Below, piece by piece: positions 14,501 through 22,900 of a stretch of DNA of 25,514 nt. Both the position numbers and the translations under genes were made by a program. Within the stretch, counting starts at the first letter, position 1; every line of letters starts with the position of its first letter. Origin of the DNA: a virus (lineage: Duplodnaviria > Caudoviricetes); the IMG/VR virus record IMGVR_UViG_3300012953_000202, positions 1 to 25,514 of that record; one strand, given 5' to 3'. Under the pieces are notes generated by a model, which saw nothing but the letters and a program-made list of their open reading frames with translations, searched no databases and was not told where the DNA came from.

Positions 14501-15158
14501 ACTTGGTGCTTATGATGCACGTATGTTTAAACCTTTTGTTTGGATAACCGCAAAGGGTATTATAACAGTACCACCAGGTCCAGGACCAGGTCCAGGACCA
14601 GGTTTTCCTCCTGGATATCCAGGAAATCCTGATGAAAAGGTTTATATATATCAATTAGGATTCGTTGATCATCGTGGATTTGTAAAACCACCTCGTTTAG
14701 AGAATATGACAATGAGACCTTCATTCTTCCAGTGGGAAGGTGCTAAATTTATGAGTACAGGAGATATTTTATCTCCAGCAGGTCATTCCGTATCTGAATA
14801 TACTATTGAAGAATTTGATAGATATGGATTCAATTTAATGCAATTTTCCGCAAACGCTTACTCTGGTTGGGCGGATGATGGATATTCATTTAACATAGGT
14901 TATCCAACTATTAATAACTACTTAAGTCAATTGGAAGTTGATAATCTACCATCTGAATTTCAGGGTGGATTCGTTAGAAATGGTGGTGTAATCTACGCTA
15001 ATACTAGATTGTTCCCTTCCTCTGGAGTTATTTCTATCGGAAAAGAGAAAATATATTATACTAATAAATTAATTGATCGTTTCTTAGGATGTCAACGTGG
15101 ATATGAAGGTTCTATCATAGAAGAGCATCCTATAGGATCTTATCTAAGAAACGCCTGA
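5544..15158 (+). CDS. gp7: Giant gp7-like baseplate wedge initiator / multidomain structural protein, 3204 aa
   Basis: Lies between gp6 and gp8. N-terminal ISFLIESQLPDFI.EEY..F..F...YY and LIKNI..FY.SKGT..SIKFLF; DSYYYQDYSY...W...IK.TTHPAGF.LFGE (HPAG at 10725). GTG start overlapping the gp6 stop (GTGA). Confidence 0.85.
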   Translation: MIKTANKISFLIESQLPDFINEEYELFSKFIQKYYEQLEIQGQPLDIISNIQNYHNIDFYENDILKQSTKLVGVLSDADPLIIVEDATSFPEQGGYIKIDDEICFYASRTETQFLDVSRGVSGNTTLGDLYNKSNFVTTQASTHLNGSTVQNISNLFLYSIIKSFEKQYLADFPEAYLKEEIDKRTLIKNITSFYQSKGTDNSIKFLFKCLIKDDPNPSVSYPRDFTVKSSDSNWINNYSLKVKIVNGNPTDLIGKRIVQSTGTHASAIVDNVRYCGEFDGDDLYEIILAEESVNGYFSIAAKTKLTQDVTGLDTVGNRVNVFSTLGWDKEGEFYIGGETFTYKEKNVNQFVISNRTSNGIHSNGTIVTYGHTVSGSNVSLLVYGVFYGVENSDSVPYSNIGDKIDISEPGFTTDDTRIFDSQNNNRWQLYGISPAVPELNSNVSAIYADDDSYYIASSGWPSHVIGAGISTDGTDQRHLKILRKNPITTTESYETKYRDIGIATNGIPFLSYKDEDVIYSGELQNITVNTRGTGYDSAPFVLVNSTPNIARAKLAGQVVESVIVDVPGSYDATPTVEIVSGRNAKVTAVVTNGEITSLTIDDPGEYYSHAPTVIIADKVGKGRYAKYNAEVSTSGQITGFTKVTGGTLYTTGNIVVDIIPNGFGSTATASIKEWRKDRYYKNKITNSNLDFDNGYKFDNIVSSKGHGYAYYASPSTLRANDNGAQHSPILGFAYDGNPIYGAYSHTDPLDASSNIVRMVSSYSLNLSRLNGPSEDAANPLGSFINDYTYITGYGTLDQNNGRFCVTPEFPDGTYAYFVTVNSSNQPTFPYIIGQNYYSLPVDSNYNSEISQDDVPVKASRLRTGGIDKNGDLTTAQIAEVTRGTVSSATIVSSGSNFSVGNELVIENSDGEGSGAAGEVSFVKGKSVSSLQSQSSKVLHFDLSNIGYLFAGDTITQANTGATGILIGDVVSAKKLVLKNVTGTFNSTDVLSSTTEVISLILDKSSSYTKGAIVVLEDGIALEPVARGEVLESTTNKNSVKLKVTKTGFIPSNTLFLSSENLNDTTGSKIFSIVQLSSNLSIFNITDNVALLTTSASHGVNVEEDVVVDINPDDNLTTTTYYVRSRIYQEVTLKNPVIARVLSDTGIGRSEILNSGANYTNDVYDDIALSGGTGNGAKATITVENNLVTKVEITEKGTGYEKFDLLTVGDTDLGKTDTSQPRLAVRVDHVGFSVENSKLNLDSALDIKINDHLIIGDEIVKVEGITQNTVIVQRGSNKKDHFDGATVEIYDAGYNLSNGYKINTTGIVSEDVNNAIVLSYDSSSQKVVFVYDYNQSLTSIDSLSLTSVFFDESTPSTRLVEVQSYSSPQVYFEFSTDGTTFTRNPIIDIKKYYKYNFDVSHTSMIGKKFNISPSINLNISTPEVNDSNNIVDFKLGFGSRTALNTYTKKQEIYYSKYYYYDENNLISNEGSYLKIIEDPLQGSKKSLYVTSTDIVYSTGIKAPHDGSGTISYITNSPFAVGEISSINITNIGIDYNKIPIVTGIYDNTNTINKDVKCYLNSNDIGIPTSIKILSNGGSYHNDSSLQSTFRSNYVFIVSEFNKDAFDVGETVVQTSGSVETARGKVSSWREGSNILLIDNITGIFRKGLPIVGIANRNVAMLDDIKFTEFTPIIKTYSDNLGYYESDYGKISDANQKIHDSYYYQDYSYLVKSKTPIENWRSLIKETTHPAGFQLFGEVLIESSGQSTMPGNTSVSRVSIIQAWNPENNKITVQSTKRQITQNIVMMKNLNVEKGVGSISLDTASVSEISTGNVFLDSDFNGSLTNKGNLEGRTTFTLKDKKGNVLKPYNEQSLIITLDGILQEPGVSYTISGDQITFAQPPLGVSFKNQQEIPGVTFYGKIFEFKNDTLNAKYLKKVRNIFQRTGTWIDAANQLEMNRTFIQEETLGYIKNKYPVLSWGSLQSKCIRDIGLFIDAIAHDLRFGGNEKTILAAESYFTNETLTSLIGDAVLVDPNDPNNKDTISELEATIEALSYMTRLSKLAMRNWDYIDRQVSWTPGTNQVTISDTNNIALGMRVSAGRAFPEEARVIQIVDGRNIRIGRKLSDTEVENINSLPLSETSVNIISDNTTIDSNTNTVSSITQIGEDLYFRIGTSFYYALTPADSVLPSDNAQMIFSFSPLNNGTYYDASLLIEMNKSDIITSSVSAVNTKYPSHAATGYTAKCERDLGYLIDAVIYSLRYGGNEKLVKFGRSFFIGNDLTHLYGELPESLYAFNQARDFMIKAMRNQGAVTDTSIRIDTQIPLCAQIESALVTYISSVEVILERGVNAVELVRQNPNDSGYWSNTKSYTNINILPDPKLVNGVLKECEDVSSALDSLYENARQTLNIGVGSSEISKPDYINNENNVFELYYTDGTAVDTEVNEDLFVALSGVLQHTSAYYIDRTNVPNKIVFDAPPIWDQNDNTKTVYEPLAVEKFFAHGVGAYLRCTIDTSDTRGSNGPFLILDSKDQSKIISSPEFALVFIDGVLQREKDSYTINGPTITFTRNLYRGNNVDILVLYGRDLDSSISLYDFESNEYYNEIVLTCDAGSNNDFAAWKKWFGLSHDDHQVAYQKISGKKVFIGNVKTYTTTNQKLIITLVGNNPDMDGSSVFFSGTDNFFGAEDFNDEYELTGTTNNVSVVRNGYDNYRMQRNSARWLYGSKRADESFYEKHRGSANLSAGDSVKIHGENDYRTIKELPQYVSPKTYNDGDEVSNSFFGSCFATNYSGDRRGEGLTVTCQVSGGKVSSITWNKTSYNAQNQVEKRSDAKGYDTTPILHFIPTNQKGGGAKAEVLVCDGEIVDIVLTNSGSGYTTAPTVVTARQYDIIKQRGRKIDSLINIRVETELLYNTFPGTIIPVDITPIRGTDPVSPIPLDPNLPGDKNPDGYVRSSLTSANHIQITEFINRRLDVPSPKGKTLEVNRYFPTVVDSVRLPDISHTSQGTSILELGAYDARMFKPFVWITAKGIITVPPGPGPGPGPGFPPGYPGNPDEKVYIYQLGFVDHRGFVKPPRLENMTMRPSFFQWEGAKFMSTGDILSPAGHSVSEYTIEEFDRYGFNLMQFSANAYSGWADDGYSFNIGYPTINNYLSQLEVDNLPSEFQGGFVRNGGVIYANTRLFPSSGVISIGKEKIYYTNKLIDRFLGCQRGYEGSIIEEHPIGSYLRNA
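7044..8045 (+). other. YHYH-like domain within gp7, split by inserted G[ST]GY-type beta repeats
   Basis: IGIATNGIPF (7044); HSPILGFAYDGNPIYG (7722); G.LDQNNGRFCVTPEFPDGTYAYFVT...FPYIIG (to 8045). Confidence 0.7.
11319..12707 (+). other. Two phycobiliprotein-like helical domains within gp7 (aa ~1926-2388)
   Basis: Repeat 1: WIDAANQLEMN...NKYP...KCIRDIGLFIDAIAHDLRFGGNEK...IEALSYM...AMRN. Repeat 2: YYDASLLIEMN...AVNTKYP...KCERDLGYLIDAVIYSLRYGGNEK...AMRN. Two later Cys helices: CAQIESAL and CEDVSSAL. The internal duplication is seen directly; the family assignment is by eye. Confidence 0.6.
14574..14603 (+). repeat. Tandem hexamer (CCAGGW)x5 encoding a (PG)5 linker in the gp7 C-terminal region
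   Basis: ccaggt ccagga ccaggt ccagga ccaggt, within PPGPGPGPGPGFPPGYPGNP. Confidence 0.9.
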
Positions 15159-15166
15159 ATAAATTA

Positions 15167-15174
15167 TATAAATA
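15167..15174 (+). promoter_or_regulatory. T4-type late promoter TATAAATA upstream of gp8
   Basis: Exact consensus in the 50-nt gp7-gp8 gap, ending 34 nt before ATG 15209. Confidence 0.85.
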
Positions 15175-15208
15175 AACCAGATTCGTTTTAAACACAAGAG
15201 CACTTGCA

Positions 15209-16966
15209 ATGGCAGCTATTATTTCAGAAAAATTTAGAATCTTCAATGCGAAGCAATTTCTAGAATCACTTGGTGAAGCGGAAGCAACCAATATGTATTT
15301 CTTCGTTGGAAGATCCTCAAAGTGGGATGTTTACATAGAATTATACAATATCAGTGGCACTTTCCAAGTAGGAGAAACCGTCTCTGGCGGTGGATGGACT
15401 GCAACAGTTGCAGAAGTACATGCTAACAGTTTACTCTGTTCTAACGTACTTCCTACTTCTACTACCACTCCCTCATGGGGAACTACCATTACTGGTGGTA
15501 CTTCAACCGCAACTGGAGTGTCTAGTATATACAGATATGCTACGGAAGAAATTCCACCACTGCCTTTAGATAATCAAATTGAGAAACAATCAGTTTATAA
15601 TGAGTTAATTGCTGCCAAACGAATCAACGCTGATGCTGCTCGTCTTGTTATCCCTCGTTACAACTGGAATACTCAGATCAATCCTAAGTTTGATATGTAC
15701 CGTCCAAACTATTCAGCAACTCCTGCTGGTGGTGGATCTATAGGTATACAAACTGCTCTTGGAAATAATGGACTAACAAGTGCTAAATTCTATGTTATGA
15801 ATAATACATACGAAGTCTTTAAGTGCTTGTATAATGGTGAATCACCTGCTAATCCAACTGGTGTTAATGTTGTAGACGAACCAAAGAGTAATCCCACTGC
15901 TGGTCAAGGTACATTTGCAAATGGAGTATTCACTTCCGAGAACGGAAACTATATTTGGAAGCATTTATTTACTTTACCTACAGGTGATGTACTTGCTTTC
16001 TTATCAACAGATTTCTTACCAATTGCAGCTTCAACTGAAGCATCAAGAACTCAGGTAGAAGGATTAGCAGTTGATGGTGCAGTTCATGTAGCAGTAGTTA
16101 AAGATGCTGGTGCTGGTCTTCCTGCAACAGATACTTATTATGCAAAGATTATTGGTGATGGTACAGGTGGAATAGTTAAGTTCACTACAGATGGATCTGG
16201 TTCTATAACTGGTGCTTCAATTCAAGCAGCAGGTAGTGGATATACTTATGGTAATGTGTTGTTAAAGCAAGGAAATGTATTTACTGATGCAGCTGCAACT
16301 GCTGCTGTAGGTACTGTTAGTGCTTCTTCAACAGGTTCCATAGAAGCAGTTATATCTCCTGAAGGAGGTCAAGGTTCTAATGCGGATGCAGAACTCTTTG
16401 GTAAGAGAGTGATGACAAATGTTAGATTGACTTATGATGAAGGTCAGGGTGATTTCCCTGTAGATAATGACTTCCGTAGGATTGGTATTATCCAAGATCC
16501 AACTAATTGGGGAACTACTGCTAAAGCAACAAGTCTAACAGTACGTGGTACTCATGTTGTAAAACTTAATAATGCTACAGCAGATTATGTTGCTGATGAA
16601 GTTATCTCACAAGCTAATGCAGGTGGTACATCTAAAGGTACTGTCGTATCTTGGGATTCTACAAATGGTATTTTGAAATACTATCAGTCTCCTGATGTTC
16701 ATACCGTTGATGGTAAAGTAAATGCATTCGTAGCAGATGCTGCTGTTGCTGTAGTTGGTTACACTTCAACTGCTTCTGGAACTGTTGATACTGCATCTGG
16801 CACTGTAGGAACACCAGTTGTTGTTACCGATATTTCACTTGTAGAAGGTCTTTCAAATCCTGAAATTGAACCTAACTCTGGAGATATAGTATACATAGAG
16901 AACAGAAGACAAATTACTAGAGCTCCTGACCAGATAGAGGACATCAAGCTAGTAATTGAATTTTAA
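15209..16966 (+). CDS. gp8: Baseplate wedge subunit gp8
   Basis: MAAIISEKFRIFNAKQF.ES, Y.F.GR...W, P.P.D, VIPRYNW, FYVMN..Y.V.KCLYN, Y.WK.L.T, DFP..NDFRRIG.I.DP, SG.I.YIENR..ITRA.DQ.EDIK.VIEF: typical cyanophage gp8. Confidence 0.9.
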   Translation: MAAIISEKFRIFNAKQFLESLGEAEATNMYFFVGRSSKWDVYIELYNISGTFQVGETVSGGGWTATVAEVHANSLLCSNVLPTSTTTPSWGTTITGGTSTATGVSSIYRYATEEIPPLPLDNQIEKQSVYNELIAAKRINADAARLVIPRYNWNTQINPKFDMYRPNYSATPAGGGSIGIQTALGNNGLTSAKFYVMNNTYEVFKCLYNGESPANPTGVNVVDEPKSNPTAGQGTFANGVFTSENGNYIWKHLFTLPTGDVLAFLSTDFLPIAASTEASRTQVEGLAVDGAVHVAVVKDAGAGLPATDTYYAKIIGDGTGGIVKFTTDGSGSITGASIQAAGSGYTYGNVLLKQGNVFTDAAATAAVGTVSASSTGSIEAVISPEGGQGSNADAELFGKRVMTNVRLTYDEGQGDFPVDNDFRRIGIIQDPTNWGTTAKATSLTVRGTHVVKLNNATADYVADEVISQANAGGTSKGTVVSWDSTNGILKYYQSPDVHTVDGKVNAFVADAAVAVVGYTSTASGTVDTASGTVGTPVVVTDISLVEGLSNPEIEPNSGDIVYIENRRQITRAPDQIEDIKLVIEF

Positions 16967-16996
16967 TTCTACCCGAAAAACTAGAGACAAAGTGAG

Positions 16997-19900
16997 ATGC
17001 CTCAGAAGACGAACCTTAACGTAGCTCCATACTACGATGATTTTGCACAAGATAAGAACTTCTACAAGGTGCTCTTTCGGCCTGGATATTCTATCCAAGC
17101 GAGGGAGTTAACCCAGTTACAGTCTAGTCTTCAAAATCAGATTGAAAGTTTTGGTAAGTACGCCTTTAAACAAGGTGAACTTGTCATACCTGGTGAGGTA
17201 GGGTTTAATAATAAACTTAACTTTGTTAAATTATCTTCTGTATCTGAGATACCTATTAATGTAGATGGAAAGGTAGTCTACAAGAAATATGATATAACTC
17301 AATTAAAAGGCGAAACTCTTAAAGGTTTAACTTCTGGTGTTACGGGTATAGTAGTTGAAGCGAATATATCTACAGAAACTACCTCAGATCTTATATTTGT
17401 AAATTATACAAATAGTGGTGATGCAGGTAATGAGGATACATTTCGTCAAGGTGAGACCCTAGAGGTCGTAGATGGCGTTAATACACCACTCCTAGTGGTT
17501 GGAACCGATGGTAGTGTACTTCCTACTAGTATTTCTGTTACTAATCCTGATACACGAGAAACAACCTCGTTAGAGAGTCCTACGATGGGGTTTGCTTCTG
17601 CTGTTAAAGTGGAAGAAGGAATTTATTTTGTTAATGGATTTTTTGTTAGAACATCAGAACAACTATTAATAGTTGATAATTATTACAATTCTCCTTCTTC
17701 TAAAGTAGGGTTTAAAATTACAGAGAGTATTGTAACTTCAGAAGAAGATTCTTCATTGTATGATAATGCAATAGGATCAACTAATTATAGTTCACCTGGA
17801 GCAAACAGATTAAAGATAGAACTTCAGTTAGTTAAGTATTCATTGACTGAAATTACTGATAAGAATTTCATTCAATTATTATTAATTAAAAGAGGTTCTG
17901 TACAGAGTCAAGTAGTACAAACAGACTACAATCTATTAGAGAATACTCTTGCTAGAAGGACTTATGACGAGTCTGGTGATTATGTTGTTGAAGATTTTCC
18001 ACTAGATGTGAGAGAATATTATGAACAAGATGGAAATTTTGGTGTATATTCTCTTGATGATCTTGGTACTGTAAATGGTTTGCCAACTAATGAAGCAAAA
18101 AATAAATTAGTAGCAAGTATCGGTCCTGGTAAAGCATACATTAAAGGGTATGAAATTGTTAATTCAGAAACTAAATATCTCCCTATTGATAAAGCAAGAG
18201 AAACTCTTGGTAGAGATGATATACGTTTAAAGACAACAGGTCTTCCAACATATAAGATTACAAATACTTGGGGTAGTGTTCCTTTAAATTCTGAAGGTGC
18301 TGATCTGATTGCGTATCCAAATGTATTCCTAACATCAACTTTTAGTGATGGAACTATTGGATTAAATGGAAGTGAGTTGAGTACTGATAGTAAGCAGACT
18401 TTATCACGTAGAGGACAATTATTTAATATAAACACAGCAGTTAAAACAATATATGTTAATATTGATCCTTCAATAGATTTAAATAATATTGATGTAACTA
18501 GTTCAACTCCAGTTGTTACAGATGATTTTAATAAAAGATTGCATTATCTTTCATTAACTGGTTTATGGATTACACAATCAAGATCTACAGCAAATTCTAC
18601 TGCAATAGGAGCAAAAGTAGATGTTATAGGATATGCTGAAGTTAGTTTGTTAGATGTTAACAATTCTACTAGTGTTACTTACCTTGAAATAACTGTTACT
18701 GGTGAGAAAGATATTCTTGATGAATACTTATTGGAGTATGATACAGCATCAGCAGATAAATTTAGACAAGTTTTTAGAACTCAATCTGATGCTGAAGCAA
18801 CATCAGCAACTCCTTTTGGAAGGATAGTTGATTATAATGAAACTATCACTCCAGTAATAGGAACAGTAAAACCAAGTAACTTCACTTTAATTGAAAGAGG
18901 TAATGGATTTAATCCAGATACAGATGTAGTTATTTCAAAAGGAAGAACATCTCAAGGAAATTCATCCTACAATACTACATTTGGGTTTTCATATTTTGAT
19001 CCTCAATTCTTTACTAAGATCATTCTTGATGAACCAATAACAACTTTGGGTAGTTTTACTCCTGGACAGTATGTTTATGGTCTTGACAGTGGTGCTTATG
19101 GTGTTGTAGAAGGATCTACTAGTACCAAATATACATCACATAAGACCTTAATGGTCAAGACTCTGTTTGGAACATTTAAATCAGGTGAAACTCTTAAAGA
19201 TGAATCAAATAATACTTTAAGAATTGCAAAAGATAATACAATTTCACATTTTATTGTCCCTAAAAGAGGACAAGATTATGTTTCTGGATCAACTCTTAGA
19301 ATTGATGGTGTTGAATATGATGGATCTAAGATTGAATTACTTTTAAGTAGTGGTGGTGGTATTATTAACGCTACCATAAAAGATAGATCTAGTGTTTCTA
19401 TTGAGTATTCACAACCACCAGTTGTGACTGTAGAGCAAGCTTCCACTGGAGGTACTCCAACTTCAGCATCTGTTGTTGTTCCAATTCTTATTAGAAATGC
19501 AGTAACAACTTATACTCCACAAAATGTTAAATCTTTATATTCAGAGTTTGGTGCTGGTGGTGTAAATTCTCATATATTCACTTCTGATGTTGATTTAAAT
19601 AAGCAAAAGTATGCAGAAACAGTATCTGTTACTGATTTTACTTTTAGTGGTGATCAAGGAAGAAAGTATATTGAGTGTAATGGATTTGGTGGAGACTCAA
19701 CTACATTTATTCAACAAGGTGATTTAATACAGTTTACTGATTCTACAAACAATGTAATACGTTCTATAGCACAAAGAGGAACAAAATCTGATGGTGTATT
19801 AAAGTCTAGAATTTATTTGGATTCTTCTCTTTCTTCTCCTGTTGTTAATGCCAGTGTTGTAAGAGTACGTCCATCAATTGATAATTTCAATCAAGGAGCA

Positions 19901-22900
19901 CTTTTATACAAGACAGGAACTAATCAAATTAGTTCTATTGTAGATAGTAATGAAAATTCCAAAATCAAATATTATCTCAGAAGAGATTTTATATCACAGG
20001 GTGTTGGTGGTTCTGGTAAAATTACATTCTCTGCTCCACTTCCATTTGGTACACAGAGATTTGTTTCATTCACCGAAAGTAATTTCTTAGTTACTATTCT
20101 TGATCCAGGCGATGCTCCTGATGTTTCTAAAGGTGACATTGTATATGTTACTTCAGAACAAGTTGTTATTGAGTCATCAACTGATTCTGCAACTGGATTA
20201 ACTGCTGGTAGTGTAAGATTAGATCTACCTTCTACTTATTTTGGTGGAACTGGTTCTTATACAAATTATCCGAAACTTAAACTTACTGCTACATTGGAAG
20301 TAAGTAAAGCAAAACCAAGACTTAAAACATCAATTACTGATAAGAGAATTGTTATTGATTCTATTGGTGACACTATTATTCCTTTCCGTGGAAGGGATTA
20401 TGATACTGATGCAATTGAAACATATAGTTATGCTGATGCATATAAACTCAAGTATGTTTATGAAGGATCTGTAACTGAAGCTCCTGTAGCAGATAAAAAT
20501 GGAAATTTGGTTACTGGTACTGATGTTACATCAAGATATACTTTTGATGATGGTCAAAGAGATACAATATATGATGTCTCAAGAATTATATTAAAACCTG
20601 GATATGATGTACCATCTGGTAAATTATTAATTGCTTTTGATTACTTTGATCATACTTCTGGTGATTTCTGTACAGTTGATTCTTATTTACATGAAGCAGG
20701 TGTTGGTCCAGAAGAGATTCCTTCTTACAATTCTCCTGCAATAGGTAAGATATCTTTAAGTGATGTTCTTGATTTTAGACCTAAAGTTGATAATGATGCT
20801 ATTGTATCTGGTTTTTTAAATACATCATTATTATCTGCTAGTAATACAAGATCATTTACTGGTGCTGGTGGTATTGTTTGTAGTACTCCTGCACCAGATT
20901 CTAATTTAGAATATACTTTTGGTTTCTCACAATCTCAATATCTTGATAGAATTGATGCTGTATTCTTAAATAAGAATGGTCAATTTATTATCAAACAGGG
21001 TAATTCTTCATTAAATCCATCTAAACCAGATTTAGTAAGTGACTCTGTACCACTATACTATGTTTATGTACCTGCTTTTACAACATCTAATAAGGATGTA
21101 AAGATTGTTCCAGTTGACAACAAACGTTATACAATGCGTGACATTGGTAAATTGGAGAAACGTATTGAGAGACTAGAATATTACACAACATTAAGCATTC
21201 TTGAACAACAAGCATTGAATATGCAGATCACTGACAGTATAGGTCTGACAAGATTCAAGAGTGGTTTCATTGTGGACAATTTTGAGACTCATAAGATTGG
21301 ATCTCTTCAATCACTTGATTATAAGTGTGCTGTTGATACACAACAGTCTGTATTAAGACCTCAATCTAAAGAGGATTCATTTAAGTTAGAAGAAGTTAAT
21401 ACTAGAGATGATCAAAGATCTATTTCTGGATATAAGAAAACAGGAGATCGTATCACTCTTCCATATACTGAATTAGAAGTACTTGGAAATAACTTTGCTA
21501 CTAAAACAATTAATCCAAATCCATTTGTTGTTATTCAATATGTTGGAGATTCATTTATTTCTCCTAATGTAGATTCTTGGTATGATAATAGTGTAGAACC
21601 TCTTGTTGTAGATAACAATACTAATCTTTATTCTATTTTTCTTGCGAAGAATGAAATAAGAGATGCATTCTCAAGTCTTTATAACTCATATAAAATTAAC
21701 TGGATTGGAGCTAACAAAGCATTCTTTAATATAGGATCATTTGGTGACGTTAATACTACTGTTGCAGATTCTAGAGTTACTGATGCTTCTATTGCTAGTT
21801 CATCAAATGTTAGTTTACAAAACAATGAAGTTGGTAAAGGTATTAATACAAAGGGAATTGGTACTAGTGTAGTTGCTACATCATTGGCATTCTTTGCTAG
21901 AAGTGTACCAGTTAAATTTAAAATTAATAGACTTAAACCTAATACTATCATTCATGTTTTCATGGAGGGTAAAGATATTTCTCGTTGGGTAAATCCAGAT
22001 TTAAATTATAGTGGAATTGCAGGTAGTTCTTTAACTACATTTAACAACAAGGTAACAACTGATGATAATGGTAATGCTAGTGGAGTAATTTTAGTTCCTG
22101 CTGGCAAACCACCAAGAGAAAACGCTACATGGAATGGTAATATTGATGATGTTGTATATGATAGTGAAGGTGACGAAGTAAGGTTTACAACAGGAACATT
22201 AACCATAAGATTTACATCAAGTTCTACAAATGCATCTAAAGATATTGTAGAAAGTTTTGCTGAAACAAAATATTATGCTACTGGATTGCTACCAGAAAAT
22301 CCTTCTTCTATTGTTTCTACCACTCCTGCATATTTTAAAGCTAATGAAGGTAAGCAAGTAACTGATAGTAATACAGAAAACCCAATTAAACCAAATCCAC
22401 TTGCTCAAACATTTAGAGTTGAGAATTTTGAAGGTGGTATGTTTGCTACTGGTATTGATTTATTCTTCTCTCAAAAGAGTTCTAATATTCCAATCAGAGT
22501 TTATTTAACTGACATTCAAAATGGTAAACCAGGTAAGAATATTATTCCAGGAACACAGAAAGTTATTTCTCCAGAAACATATCTAAGAGTTGTTGCTAGT
22601 GATACTCTTTATATTACAAAGGATGAAATTATAACAGGATCAACTTCAGGTGCTTCTGGTCCTATATCAAAAGTATATGATAAGAATAATATTGAAGTAA
22701 CTGTATCTTCTATTGGATTATTTACTTTAAATAATGATCAAGTTTATACATTAGTTCTTAATAACAACAATGGTATTTCTTTCATACAAGATGAAACATT
22801 ATCAATACCATCCTTAATCGCTTCTAATAATCAAAATAATACTACATTATCATTAAAGATAGCAAAAGATTCTGGTTCTATTTCAGAACTTCGTATTACT

